A stretch of 64,000 bases of DNA from Amoebidium appalachense (GCA_963693365.1 CAVNZM010000008.1:8684818-8748817), one strand, 5' to 3'. Counted from the stretch's first letter, positions 35,308-53,218 are shown. The notes: generated by a model from the sequence alone, not told the origin. Made by a program: numbers and translations.

Positions 35308-36637
35308 CGGGAGAACGTGGGGGCGAGGAGGAAGAGAAGGAAAGGGGGGATACTTTTTCCTTTAAAAGGACCGGGGTAGGAGAGTCTCGGCAAGCACCGT
35401 GTCAAGCAGAAACCAACACAGTCAAGCATGCTTTTGAGAGCCTTAGCGACCACAATACCAGACTATGGTGAGAGAAAACAGTTTTATTGCCCCTTCAAGA
35501 GTATCATGTACCTCTTCGCCATACTGAATCCAGAACTATCATATTCTTATAATGAATGCCCGTCTTGCATCAAGCACAGGTGCGCACACACGTGTGTATG
35601 ATATAACTTAATGGGGAGCTGCATTGGAAATTGCATACCTGGAGGTCACTCACTCTTTCAGAATTCGAAGCAACGATCCCTCTAGTAACTATATTCCTAT
35701 GCTCTCTGGCTATTTTTTATCCTGATTCCGGTTTTTCTGAATCATCGTTAACATCACTCGAAACAAGAAACGATTCGAATTACTGCGAAACTGGGAAGTT
35801 TTAGTAGGACACAGACCGAAAAGTGACGAAGTGGATCTGGCGGCACAGAAATATGTTGGTAGAGTAGTCTCGCGCCACACAGAACGGATTCCGATTGGTT
35901 GTTGCGGCCACTAATGCAATCTGACCAATAGCACGGCGTCAATGCTTTGCTGATGAGGCGGGCAAATATTGCGGAAATATTCGAAAAATAGATCGATCGT
36001 AATAATTCCGCTTTAGCAACTGCGTATCAATACTATACATATTTCAAGGTATTTTTGTAAATACAATATGCACAATATTGCTGCTGTAAGAGGTTTTGGA
36101 TCTTTTTAGCAGGACAAATAGGGCTTGCAATTTTGTGGTTAGCATCCTGGCATTCTCCAATCAGAACGGTCGCTGATGTCGACAGGTGTCATTTCCGCCC
36201 TGCAGGCGCAGGCGCCACAGTATGATACATACTGCGGGCTGTTTACTTTTTGCTCTACATAGTGAGAAATTTCATTGCGATTGTTTATTCTGGGAAGCAA
36301 GAAAGGAGGAAGAGAAAAACCAAATGTTTGTTTGTTGTAAATGTTTGCTGAAGACTGTAACGCATTCATTAGGACATCCATGCTGGAGGCAAGACCTTTC
36401 TCGCGAGCTCCCATCCGAGTCTACAAAAAAGGCAGCCGCACTGCCGTGACCACAGGCCGCACCAAGGTGACGTCACTTATGCTCATTTTCTGGGCGATTC
36501 AAAGCAGGACATGTTTCTAAGGCCTGGAATTTGGCTGGTACTTCATGTCCTGGGGTCCCCCGAAGGGGGTCCCCGGGGGGGGGGGGGGGGGGGGGGGGAG
36601 AGGGGGGGGGGGGGGGGGGGGCAGGGGGAACAAAACT

Positions 36638-36677
<40 letters not shown>

Positions 36678-36761
36678 CGGTAAACCACGGGTACCGGGTA
36701 CCAGTTCCATTATTAATATGGATCAAAATGAGAACTTCATACATAATGGCAACTTCGAATT

Positions 36762-36798
<37 letters not shown>

Positions 36799-36805
36799 CT
36801 GTGTG

Positions 36806-36899
<94 letters not shown>

Positions 36900-36939
36900 T
36901 GTGTGTGTGTGTGTGTGTTCATGGGTGTGTGTGTGTGCC

Positions 36940-37008
<69 letters not shown>

Positions 37009-37514
37009 TGCGCACGTGTGTGTGTATACCTGCACAGACACATTGCGTAGTTATCTTTTCTGTATGTATGCAGGCGCACCGATACAAATCTATGTATGTG
37101 TGCATAACATGACTCATGATACTGATGTCCCGCGCGCCAGGCCGCGCCTATATTTCCGTGTGTACGTGTGTACCTCTCTGTGTGTGTGCTTGCGGCACAT
37201 ACATGTGCATGTGTGTGTGTCTATGTGTGTGTGTGTGCGCGCGCGTGTGTGTGCAAGTGTGTCTGTGCGCACTTGTGTTAACTTCAGTACGACAACACGG
37301 ATTCTCTGATCATCAGTAAATATGCTTTCGGGCACATATGCCAGCTCTGAAATTTAGGTACTGGTATTGTCATTATCATCTCTATAACATAACATATATT
37401 ATCATTTATTGCTACAAGCTCAGGCTAAAAAAGAATACGAAACTAGCCTATACCTATACTTATTCATGAACCTAAAAGCTAAGCTACGCCTCCACAGCGT
37501 ACTACTAGGCTAGA

Positions 37515-37574
<60 letters not shown>

Positions 37575-37635
37575 CGCGCGCGTGTGTGCGTGTGCGTGTG
37601 CGTGTGCGTGTGCCGTGTGTGTGTGTGTGTGTGTG

Positions 37636-37676
<41 letters not shown>

Positions 37677-37683
37677 TGAGTGA

Positions 37684-37786
<103 letters not shown>

Positions 37787-37889
37787 TGTGTGTGTGTCTG
37801 TGTCTGTGTTTCGTCCTAATAGTATGCATGTGTGCATGCGTGCCTGCCTGTGTGCATGTGTACGTGCATGAGCCCATGGCCCATGCAAG

Positions 37890-41748
<3,859 letters not shown>

Positions 41749-42041
41749 TTTCAAAGGATGAGAAACACGTAGCTGCAGCTGCAATGAGAAGAAAAAGGCC
41801 GCAGCCACTGCCACACTACACGCCGCAGTGTATTGTATAGTAGCAGGTATCACGTGGTACTGCAACGACTTTCTGCATTGAAATTAGCGAGCCTACCCAA
41901 GAATGATTGTGCTAAAATTTTTCGGGTTTGCCGTTTACATACCGTCACACCATACTGAGTCGGCACACGCGAGGCGCCCGCCGGCCGGGCCATGCGGGGC
42001 GATTTGGCGCCAAAGTTTGCGCAAACTATGTAAACCATAGG

Positions 42042-42217
42042 TGCACTGAATTCAAGTTGCACTGAATTGAATTTACATGAGCACTGGCGACACCGACGAG
42101 CTTTTGCACTGAATTCGATGCACTGAATCATCATGTGCCGGCCCGGGTTCGCGCCCCCCGCCCGCGCCGGTCGGTTTCAGTGCCCGGAAAGCGATTCAGT
42201 GCACCCAATTCAGTGCA
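42042..42217. repeat. Array of TGCACTGAAT motifs (4 forward, 3 reverse) around a GC-rich core
   Basis: Forward at 42042, 42058, 42105 and 42119; reverse at 42176 (partial), 42194 and 42208. Confidence 0.8.
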
Positions 42218-43666
42218 TCATACCCCCCACCCCAGGACATGCAGTACAACCCTGGAATTTTAGACTACAGAATGTTTTCAAACATTTCAAACCCTGGTGA
42301 TTGACTTTCTGGCACATTTTTCCACACACACGTGATGTCAGTGACGTGTTCAGGAAAGCAGTGTTCACCGTGCTTGCAGATGCGTGCCTTCTACATACAC
42401 ACTCAGTCAGTTCTTGATTATCATTATGTACACACACTCAACCCAGCCACACAATCACAATCCATCACAATGTGTACAACACACGCATTCACATAAATCT
42501 CCTTACCCACAATTAATCACACACACATGGGCCATCGGGGCAAAGGCACATCCTTAACCGGTATATCCACACCTTCACGCACCGCAAAATGCACACTCAG
42601 AACAAAATAAGCACCTTACGTATTATACGCCAGTACACCGCGTGCCACGCCACCACTCACATAGCTACACAATGCACACGGACATGCATGCGCGCCAGCA
42701 CACGCAAAACCCAGACACACAACCAGGCACACACGTACGCGTGCGCACCGCTCCACCTCACCACATAGTTTTTTCCTGTTGCTCCTCCGACTCTCACCCA
42801 TTTCTCATGGATTCTGTTCACAGAGAGTTCATCATCATCTATTTTCACTCTAGCAAGTGGAAACACACAGAAATCAAAGCTCGAAGTCCTCTCTCACTTT
42901 GAACCTCTTGCTGCCGGTTGCCAAGATCCGAACGACAACACTTGTTCTCCTGTGCGGGTGCGAGCTTTCTCAGACATACCTGTATGCCATGCTTGTATGC
43001 ACGATTGTGTGTGTTTTTTATTGCATGTGTGCGACGGTGCTCTCGACGAGCTCTCTCAACACACTGTCAGATGCTTATCAAATTATTAAGCCATTCGTAA
43101 CCGTTCTCCAACCTCCAGCCCTTGAGGGCATCATCATCAGTCTAACAGCTGAAAAGCTACCGTAAAGGCTTTGTGTGTGGTGATCACCCGCACTGCCAAT
43201 GATCACTGCCGAAGGGTAGGTATCTGTGTGTGTGTGTGTGTGTGTGCGTGTGTGCTTGTGCGTGTGTGCGTGTTTGTGCTGAAAGTTTTGCTAGCTGGAC
43301 TTGCCTAAAACACGTGCTTTGGACGCGTAAAGCGTGTAAACTGGTGTGTTGAATGCTCGTTCTCGTATAAATAAACATTCAATACAAGCGGTTTTTGATA
43401 AAGAAAAGGGGTCACTCCTGACAACAAGTGTGCTTGCGGAAGGCATGTGCAGGTCGAATGTACGTAGGCCGTTCACAAATTTTCGTCACCGAATTCGCTA
43501 CCGACCGCGTGGGAAAACGCGAGAATGGTCGACGGCACACAGCTACAAGTGCAGGCAGACTAACTTGCAACAATATCACGGTACACCACAAGTGGATATC
43601 TGCTCCGGGTGACTCCGCAGGGGGCGCGGCACTCTTACCGAGAGACTCACCTAGTGAGAGCTGACA

Positions 43667-43786
43667 CAGCATGCGCAGCTGCTCGGAGCCTCGTAAATGG
43701 TTTGATTGAAATAGTCATACTCTGTGTCAGCATGCGCAGCTGCTCGGAGCCTCGTACACGGTGTTTGATTGAAATAGTCATACTCT
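43667..43786. repeat. Tandem duplication, ~61-bp period x2
   Basis: CAGCATGCGCAGCTGCTCGGAGCCTCGTA...TTTGATTGAAATAGTCATACTCTG occurs twice. Confidence 0.9.
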
Positions 43787-44742
43787 GAAAACTATCTCTG
43801 AGATAATTATGTATGTGGCTGGGTTAGTCAATCGATGATCACCTTAGTAGATTAGGTGCATGTAAGCAGATCAAGCTGTGCAACTTCAACATGTGTTTAT
43901 TCTTTTGTACCTTTGCATATTTTAATGTTATGGGTGGCTTTGATGCACGAGAGAGCTAGAGATTTTTTTATTTTATTCCGTTTTGTTCCCGGAGGGACCC
44001 CTTGGGGCCCTCATGGGGAACTACCGTCTTCCACCCAGCACCGACAGTACTCGGCTAGGGTGCTACGGTATTGTTAGCTAAGTTAACACACCCTTAACAA
44101 CCCTGACTTTTTGCACACACTTTGCCTAGGGTATTCACCCCTGCCACACCGGTGGGTAGAGAGCTAGAGGGGGGGGGGGGGGGGGGGGGAGGGGGGGGAA
44201 GAAAGAGAGAAGCTCGTGAAGACAGAGAGGCAGACAGGAGAGCGAGAGAGAAAGTGAGAGATAGAGAGATAGGGGTAGAGAAAAGAAGGGCACGGTGGGC
44301 CCGGAGAGGGGGGAGGGGGGGGGGGGGGAGGGGGGAAGGGAGAGACTCTCACCGAGCTCGGAGAGAGCCTCTCCGATGGAGGGCTATCTCGGCGACTATC
44401 TCGTTGTGTCTCTGGCAACTGTAGTATATATCCATTCTTGGATTTTGGGCAATCCATCATAAAAAGAGAGAGAGAGAGAGAAATCAGAAAAAGTGTCTGT
44501 GTGTGTGTGTGATCAATTATTCGTGAGTGTGGACGGGGTGTGTGTGTGTGCGTGTGCGTGTGTGTGTGTGTGTGCGTGTCCGTGTGTGTGGGTGTGAGTG
44601 TGTGCGCTCTTGTGTGGTGTGACTGTGTATGTGTCACAGTTGTGTGCATGCGTGTGTGTGGTTCGTGTATGTGTGCGTGTGTGTATGTGGGGTGTTTGTG
44701 CACGTGTGTGGCGTGGTGTGCCTGTGTGTCAGTGCGTGTATG

Positions 44743-44785
<43 letters not shown>

Positions 44786-45646
44786 CGCGTGCGCACACGT
44801 GCGTGCGTGCGTGCTTGCGTGCGTGCGTGCGTGTGTGCGTGTGTGCGTGCGTGCGTGTGTTTGTGTGTTTTTGTGTTTGCGTGGGAGTAAGGCTTGCGCT
44901 TAGGGCTCCTTCACAGCAAAAGACAGCACAAGTGGTAGCATGTGTATGTACATGTACAGTCACGACTGGTTTGGAACAACCCCTAGTTTTCCTCCCTGGG
45001 GGTTGTTCCTTCTAAAGGTAGTTCGTCCGTAGTCTGTATAATGAATGATTGCGCAAACATAGTGATTGTGCAATCAATCCGGACGTCATCCCCTTCAGGG
45101 CCTAAACCACTGGGATTAGTTCCCTTAAAAAGAGCCTTAGGCTTCTTGTTTTTCTTCGACTTGCCATTTTGCAACCTAAGGGACGCCCAAAGTGTGAGTC
45201 GAAAAAAGAAAAAAGGAAAAAAAGGAACACCGTACGTTTGGTAGCGAAACTCTGTTGTCTGTTGGCCGACACGTGTGTGCTGAATCAATTTGATGGCATT
45301 GACTGCAACAAGTTAGTGTCTTACGAAGTGGCGAATAGCGCACCCATTAGACATGTTTTACCATAACATATTTTGTTTCGAATAACATAATAAGTATATC
45401 TCAATATACTTTCGAGATATACTTATCATATTCTCTTTGATGCAGTCGATTTTACCGTACCACCCGTACCACTTTTTGTTTAGTAGTGATAGGTATATCG
45501 CAGGACCGCACGAACAGCCGACCCGACCGATCGATGCGTTCGCGTATAATCAAGTTCGATCTTACCAAAAGATATACTATACTACCGTCGAATATCTTTT
45601 GGCCCTTTCATATGAAGATATTCGAAAGTATATCGATTTGGGGACA

Positions 45647-45936
45647 GGGTTTACGCTGTTTACTCGAGGCAAAGAGAGGCCAGTCTCAGGTATGGGGGGT
45701 TTTTGCTCGGAATATCCCCTCAGCGGTATATCATGATCACGTACATAGATGTCGGGTGATGACTATATATCAGGGTTTACTTTCTCTACGGGACACCATA
45801 AAGACTAAGAAAAATCAATTAGTTGGGGTTCCCCGTTTTTTATTTTTATTTTATTTTTTATTTTTATTTTTATTTATTTGGGGGGGGGGGGGGGGGGGGG
45901 GGGCTCCCCTGGGACACTCGGTATCAGCTGGTTGTG

Positions 45937-46009
<73 letters not shown>

Positions 46010-46235
46010 CGCTAGAATTTTGTAATGATGTGTTTCTCAAGCCAATCAATACATCTAATAAACAGGTCGTAGTTACGCGTGTTTAGTATAAAATCAAGGA
46101 TGTTGTAATTTACAGGTACTACTATCTTTCTGGGTGTCTGTTGTGAATGTGACGTGTGTGTGCTGCGGTATTATGTGGTCTATCAAACTACATTTGGCGA
46201 TACATGACCGTTTAAACTGGTGTGTGTGTGTGTTG
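45647..46235 (+). repeat. Dispersed repeat family A, copy 2
   Basis: Inverted near-copy of 1-520. Confidence 0.9.
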
Positions 46236-46689
46236 TTTGGGCATGCAAACGATGCCACCTTATACTTATTAGATCTCCACCGTATAGCACGTGTACAGTA
46301 AAAGCGTGGTAATTGATCAATAATACCATCAGCTAGAGAAAGACCAGTTCTACAGGAAGGTAATATGTATTTAGGTGTTATACATTTGCGAGTGCCATAT
46401 TTGGCAATATGGTTAAGCTTAGGCGGTCATTATATATAAAACGAGACATAAGGCTTAGTTTTTCAAGGTGTCTGCTTTCATCGGGTCTAGTGTCGTGTGG
46501 TATCTTTTTCCATTTGTTATATTGCGTGATTATCTTGTGATTGTGTGCATGTTTAATAAGTAAGTGGCAGTCCAAAGTCACACGCACACTCTTGCGGGGT
46601 TTATTTGTATTTGTGCCCGGGGGAGAAGGAGAGAGAGAGGGAAGGAAAGAGGGGACAGGTGAGGAGGGGACAGGTCGGATAGAGAAGAG

Positions 46690-47220
46690 AGGGTGGGAGG
46701 GCAAATACCTCTTTAAGCGGCTTATGTGCTTATTGAATTTCAGCGCGAGATGGGATACTCTAGCAGCTATTGGGACCAGACCATATATCGAGAGCTCTAC
46801 AGGCCCAGGTTTTACAACAGTTGTTAGATAGAAAGGAGGCAACTTCTGCTTCAAGGAAATTTGCCAAGGGTTTAAGCGCTCTAGTTCCCTCTTTCTTGAT
46901 CCAAGCGGCGAGAAAGGGTAAACCATATTCACATGCCGGGAAGACAAAAGTGCGCATAAATGTATGTCTAATAGTAGGATGGAGGGGTGTGTCTTTAAAA
47001 ATATTAGCCGAGAAGAAAGCTAACCGCTTACGAGCCAACTCTACCCTCTTTTCGACCATATGGGAAAACATAACACCAACAGAATTAACCGGAACACCAA
47101 ATGCAAGATATTTGTATTCTGGAACTATAGGTACAGGTTTAGATGACAATGTAAATGTGTGTAAATTGTTAGCTATATCAGGTACAAGAACACCACACTT
47201 GTCTATGTTAATGGTCATAA
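46690..47220 (-). mobile_element. 5'-truncated non-LTR retrotransposon reverse transcriptase remnant
   Basis: TINIDKCGVL...PVPIVPEYKYLAFGVPV corresponds to RT domains 6-7 (INxxKC, YKYLG). The thumb region reads FMRTFVFPACEYG. It is frameshifted downstream and no YADD motif is visible. Confidence 0.75.
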
Positions 47221-47342
47221 GGTTTGCTTTGCACCGATTTCGAATATCTCTTTCGCGATTTTACCAGATTAGGCAGGTCGGCGATATCCTTATTATATTC
47301 GAAACAAATTGTGTTATGGTAAAACACGTCTATTGACGTTAC

Positions 47343-47385
<43 letters not shown>

Positions 47386-47410
47386 AAAAAGCCAGGATCG
47401 AACCAGGGTC

Positions 47411-47463
<53 letters not shown>

Positions 47464-47880
47464 GTTCCTTCTAAGGGTAGTTCGTCCATAGGGGTGTTCC
47501 TTCCCAGTCGTGACTGTTGTCGATGGGTGGATCCTATTCGAGAGTCTTGATAAGGATCGCAATCGCATCCAATCTAAAGTAATCGTTGGTAAAAGAGATT
47601 TCGAGCCCTGGCTACCCTGCACTCACACGTGCCGCACTTCATGAATTCAAGTAAACGTAAAACGTAAAAAAAAAAACCCACTAATAAGTGCTGGGAAGAG
47701 AATATACACCTCAAGACGGTATTTTTGGGGTAAAAGAACTATAAATCCCCTCTATACCGATGTTCGGCTAGTGGATTACTAAGCAGCCTCACACACAGGC
47801 AAGAGCTCAAATCCCTTTTTCTTGGTTCAGTTCCTCCATTATCTTGAATTCCCTTGTTTCTTCGTGTTCTTTTTACAAGA

Positions 47881-48586
47881 ATGGAGCAGAGAATAGTCCG
47901 CGTGGGCTCGCGTAAGAGTGACCTCGCCATGATCCAAACACGGAAGGTCATTTCTTTGCTTGAAGAAAAGCACCCAAACATGAAGTTTGAAATCATAAGC
48001 ATGGACACGTTAGGAGACAAGATCCTTAGTGTAGCCCTGCCGAAAATCGGAGAGAAAAACTTGTGGACAAAGGATTTGGAGGTGCTTCTAGAGAGTGGAG
48101 ATGTGGACTTTGTAGTTCACTCGCTCAAGGATCTGCCCTCACAGCTTCCTCAGGGAATGACAATAGGTGGGTGGGTGTGGCACGTTGGAGTATTTAAAAG
48201 GGGGGGGGAACGGGGGGAAAGCAGGGGGCAGGATGCCCCCCCCCCCTCCCCCCTCCCCCCTCCCCCTCTTCCCGGCTCTACCTCCCTTCCCACAGCCTTC
48301 CCCTGCCCCCTGATTTTGTCGTCTTTTGCGTCTCAAATTCGTGTTTTCGAAAAATCTAGTGCTAACCCTCCCTCTGCCCCCTCCCCTCCCCCCCCCCGCC
48401 CTCCCCCCGTCCCAACACACACACACATACATACACAAAAACACCTTGCTTCACTGCTCTGCCCGCTTATATATTTCCGACACCGATACTCACACACGCG
48501 CACACACACACACGCCCACACCCACACACACGCACACATGCACACATTCACACACACGTGCGCGCGCACACACCTACACACACACA

Positions 48587-48659
<73 letters not shown>

Positions 48660-50281
48660 CCTCTCCCTCTCCCCCCTCCCCCTCTCCCCCCCCCCCCCTC
48701 TTTCTCTCACCCTCGACCGCATGCTCTGTTGCTCTTTGCTTCTTTCTCCCTTGTTCTCTTTCTCTCTTATCACTTTCTCCCTCCCTCGCTTTCTTGTCCG
48801 CCCTTCCTTTGTGTGTATCCCGTTTGAATCTCCCACCCACTTACTCCCCCTCAAATCTCCTTTTAGTCCCCCCTCAAATCTCCTTTTATTCCCCCTCCCC
48901 CCTCCCCCCCCCCCCCCCCCCCCTACTCACCCGTCTCAATACAAAACACACACTCACACACTCACACACACGCGCACACACACACAGTCACACACACACA
49001 CACCTCTTCCCCCAATAGGACCCATCTCAAAGATCAATCTACTACCCCGTGGTGCTTTTTCGTGTCCTTATATTGTGATCTCTGCAATACCCTTCGTTTA
49101 TATTATTGGCCTATGATCATCTAACGCCCTCCCTCCTTCCTCCACCTCGTCCCCCCCCTCCCCCCCCCCTCCCCCCTCCCCACCGCTCCTCCTTCTTGGT
49201 TGTCGTGACTGTGTTAAACCCTTGACCTTGAGGAAAAAGTGGCAGGAATTTTTGGAGGGGTGTATTTGGAACTTACATGAACGTGGAGGAGGACAATGGG
49301 TATGTGTGTAGGGGAAGGGGGGGGGGGGGGGGTGGAGAGGAGGGGGGGAGGGAGGAGGGAGGGGAGGGGGGCGGGGGGAGTATGGAAGGGGGAGGGTGGG
49401 GGGGGGAAGTGGATGAACGAGTGTCGTTCTTAAGCAGAGGGGAGGAGAGGGGATGAAGTGTTGGCGCTCTCCATATCTTTTCTTTCCTATTCTGCTCCAA
49501 CCCCTTCCTCCCCCTCCCCCCCCCCCCCCGGCCTCCGCCACCCAAAACCACCACCGTGAACACCAACACCACATGCACATCCGCACATAAGCAAGCACAT
49601 GGCACGTGCACACAAACACACACACCAGCGCACACACACATTTCCGTGTACACATGCAAGGACGGCTACTGCCGTGACACCGACATGCACACACACACAC
49701 ACGATGGCGGGCAGCATGCATAGCACAGCACGCATACAAATCCTGGGGAAGGCTAAAATTAAGATTTTTCGAATGATAGATTCTAGTTAGGAATTTTGCA
49801 AAAATTAAAATTCTAGCTGGCTAGTCCCCATTTCACGTATGAAAATAAATATATTTTTTGTTCTTGTGGGCTATGGGGGCCTGGAATTAAGATTCTGGCT
49901 GGCTGCGGCCTATATCCACGTACTCTCATATTCGGCCTAACCCCGTATGAATGATATTCCAGTAGACACACTGACGCTTACACAGTCAACATGAGCTCCA
50001 CAAGGCATCAACCCCCCCCCTCCCCCCCTCCCCCCTCCTCCCCCCCCCCCCCCCCCCCCCCCGGCGCTTATTATCCATGCTGTTTTCTTAGATGTGTGGT
50101 TAGCACTCTGCATTGTGTTGTCCGTTGTGAATGTGTACTACTCGTACTATATGACGCATTCAAACCCCCCTCCCCCCCCGGCACAGACACACACACACAC
50201 GATCCCCACCACCACAACAAAAAGGTCTTCATACAAAGGTGTCCCTACCGATTCGCTCATCTTTTTTCCTTGTCCCTCGAT

Positions 50282-50323
<42 letters not shown>

Positions 50324-50429
50324 AAAAAAAAAAACCACCACCACTATCATTAACTATCATTACCACCACCACCCACACACCCAACCTCCGCCTGCCCTTC
50401 TTTGTTGCAAGCAAACCCCCGTCAATCCA

Positions 50430-50463
<34 letters not shown>

Positions 50464-51243
50464 CACACACACACACACAAAAATATATATATATATAAAA
50501 TCGTTGCAGGTGCAATATGTGAACGTGATGACCCGTGCGACAGTGTGATCTTCCACCCGAGATTCAAGGGCAAGACCTTGCAGGATCTGCCCGAAGGCAG
50601 CGTAATCGGCACCAGCTCGGTCAGACGGGTCGCTCAACTCAAGCGTAAATTCCAAAAGCTTGAATTCCGATCGATCCGCGGAAATTTGAACACACGGCTT
50701 AAGAAACTGCAGGATGACGGGTCGGAATACGCCGCCATCATTCTCGCCCAGGCTGGGATCGATCGCATGGGCTGGAACGAGCACGTCGGGCAGAGACTAG
50801 CACCCCCAGATTGCTATTACGCGATTGGGCAAGGTGCGATGGCGGTCGAAATTAGGGACAACGATCCGATTACGGCAGAATTGGTCTCGGCCGTAAACGA
50901 CCGAACGACGGAATTGAGATGTCTGGCGGAGCGGGCGTTAATGCGGACACTGGAGGGTGGGTGCTCTGCGCCGCTCGCGTGCGATTCTTCGTTTGACGGA
51001 TCGAAAAACGAACTTTCGATTACGGGGATCGCGCTGAGTTTGGATGGGGAAAAGGTTGCGATCACGACGGTTTCTGGCGTAATCGAAGAGGGTACGAGGG
51101 AGATGGAGGGAGAGCAGGCGGCTGAATTAGGTAAGAAATTGGCGGAAGAAATGAGACTGAGGGGAGCCCAGCCCATTCTAGATGAGGCACATGCGATCAC
51201 GCATGGGGCAAACATTAATGCAAAACCTACCATGCTGCAGTAG
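47881..51243 (+). CDS. HMBS: Porphobilinogen deaminase / hydroxymethylbilane synthase, 339 aa (exons 47881..48166, 50510..51243)
   Basis: Motifs [69 protein letters not shown] and LEGGCSAP (cofactor Cys). Phase-1 GT-AG intron 48167-50509. Confidence 0.97.
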
Positions 51244-51432
51244 TGTGTGTGTACTTTTGCGCCCGTGTACGTGTGCCTGTGTTGTGTGGGGCGTGCAGGG
51301 ATGGTGGTGTGTGTGTGTGTGCATGTGACGGCGCTTTTCCGCCCTGTCGCATTTTTGTGTCACTCGCACTCTTATGCTGCATGTCGTGCATGTTTCCCTA
51401 AATATTTTATTTATATATGTGTGTCCTTGCAT

Positions 51433-51463
<31 letters not shown>

Positions 51464-52600
51464 TGTTCCGCTGTCCCTTCTCTGCCATTCTAACGTTTCC
51501 GGCCACGGTATTTACCCATCTATATGTTGTTTCATATGTGGCATATTTGATTGTTTGGCAGTGACTGTGCCTTTTTCCTTGAAATTCTCAATGTATAATG
51601 TATAAAGTGTTATCCAAATAGAATTTTCAAAACACAAGTTGGCTGCATTAGTTTTTCTCTTGCTTGCTATTGATCATTGAACAATGTTAAAGTTTTGCCC
51701 TAAGAGGGAGATCTTTCATTCTGAGGAGTCCGAAATTTTACATTTCTGAGAGATATTATGAATGCATTTACGTATGCGCATATCTACTTGATGGATAAAA
51801 ATGCATATGTGTGCAAGAGATGTTATTGTTAGCGGTATCATGATGACTTTAATTGGCCTGGTGCCGAATAAAGAATTTTTCTTGCGCTCTTTTCGAAGCC
51901 TAAAACGTGCCCCTCGTCTGATGACATGTGAAAGCGTATGTGCTTGTGGCTGTCACGGTTCTTTGGTGGCCATGTGTTCTCCGGGGAGAAGGCAGGTGTG
52001 TGTGTTTTCGGCCGAAAGGGGCGGGCAGGGGGGGGGGGAGGGGGGGGGGGGGGCTTATGACATGGTTCCTTATACCTGTGAATAGTCGAAAGGACAAAGG
52101 CACACACAAAGCGCACGTGGGACCCCTGCCTGGCAGAGGATTTAAGGGATTTCTCTTAGATTGTTGTTTAATTAAACTGTTCTCTTCGGAGCTGGGTTGA
52201 AGGTGAGCGGTTATGCGAATTATTGTCTCTGCTTTTTGGTCCTAGCCCGGGTGGGGCCAGATAGCGTTGTCTGATGTGCACCAAGCCAATCATATTGCAT
52301 ACATCCCATTCGCGAGTCAGACCTGACCCGAATACTTAAAATTAAGAAACCCCCTTTAAACCGTACTAATATTAATTTACCGGAGTGTCGAATCATGCAG
52401 GCGGCATCCAACTCGGCCCCTCGGGTACCTAAGAGTGGCCATGGGCCCCCACCACCACCATCACCCCTCCCCTCCCCCTCTGCCTCCCCCCGCCCCCGCC
52501 GCCCTTCCCCCAGCGGTTACTTAAAGTTTAAAGCCACCACACCGCCTTATCATGCCCTATTGTTGTTTTTTTGCATGCATACTGCATCCTGACCCCCCCC

Positions 52601-52647
<47 letters not shown>

Positions 52648-52780
52648 CCCCACCCCCCACCCCCACCCGGCCTTGTTTGATCCTTAACATACATAGTGTG
52701 TACATTGGATTTGTTGGGGTGCCCCCATGGGGGAGAAGGGGGAGCGGGGGGAGGGGGGGGGGGGGGTGGACCAGGTGGTG

Positions 52781-52833
<53 letters not shown>

Positions 52834-53155
52834 GGGGGGCAGTGGGGGGGAGGCAGGTGGGCACGGAGAGGAATATGGGGGGGGGGGGGGGGGGGGGGGG
52901 GGGGGGCTGGTACAGAAGGGTCGCCCGACCCTGGGGGGGGGGGGGGGAGAGGGGGAGGGGGGGGGGGGGGGGGGGGCTGGTATAGAAGGGGTTGCCCGGC
53001 CCTGGGGAAGTGGACACACGGCCTTGAGCATGTAATTAGGTTCTTCTTTATATTAGATATTGCGCGCGATGCTGATGTTGAATACATGAAAGTTGTTCCT
53101 TGTGCATGTGCCCTGCACCGTGTTACTCGTCGTGTAGTTGGGCGGTTGTGTGTGC

Positions 53156-53218
<63 letters not shown>

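Larger units (their letters stand above)
44957..47516. mobile_element. Putative TIR-bounded composite element (~2.56 kb)
   Basis: Left end CAGTCACGACTGGTTTGGAACAACCCCTA; right end (reverse complement) CAGTCACGACTGGGAAGGAACACCCCTA. A direct repeat GGGTTGTTCCTTCTAA(A/G)GGTAGTTCGTCC lies just inside both ends. The left flank is TA and the right flank is TT. Confidence 0.55.

Noticed and set aside
35400-36470. Possible extra upstream exons or a small gene
   Set aside because: An in-frame TAG lies just upstream of ATG 34970 and the local ORFs show no recognisable features; a UTR exon cannot be excluded.
42240-44100. Short ORFs in non-repetitive sequence
   Set aside because: No motif, no consistent exon chain and no homologous copy in the window.
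47854-49116. 420-aa ORF as the full HMBS protein
   Set aside because: Only 47881-48166 is coding; the rest is read-through into a repeat-rich intron.
50817-51233. Antisense ORFs over real exons (also 4025-4441, 55058-55555 and 56554-57039)
   Set aside because: They are shadows of the coding strand with no independent support.
51918-51955. CTGATGA...GAAA hammerhead-like core (also at ~35950)
   Set aside because: Stems I and II do not pair convincingly.
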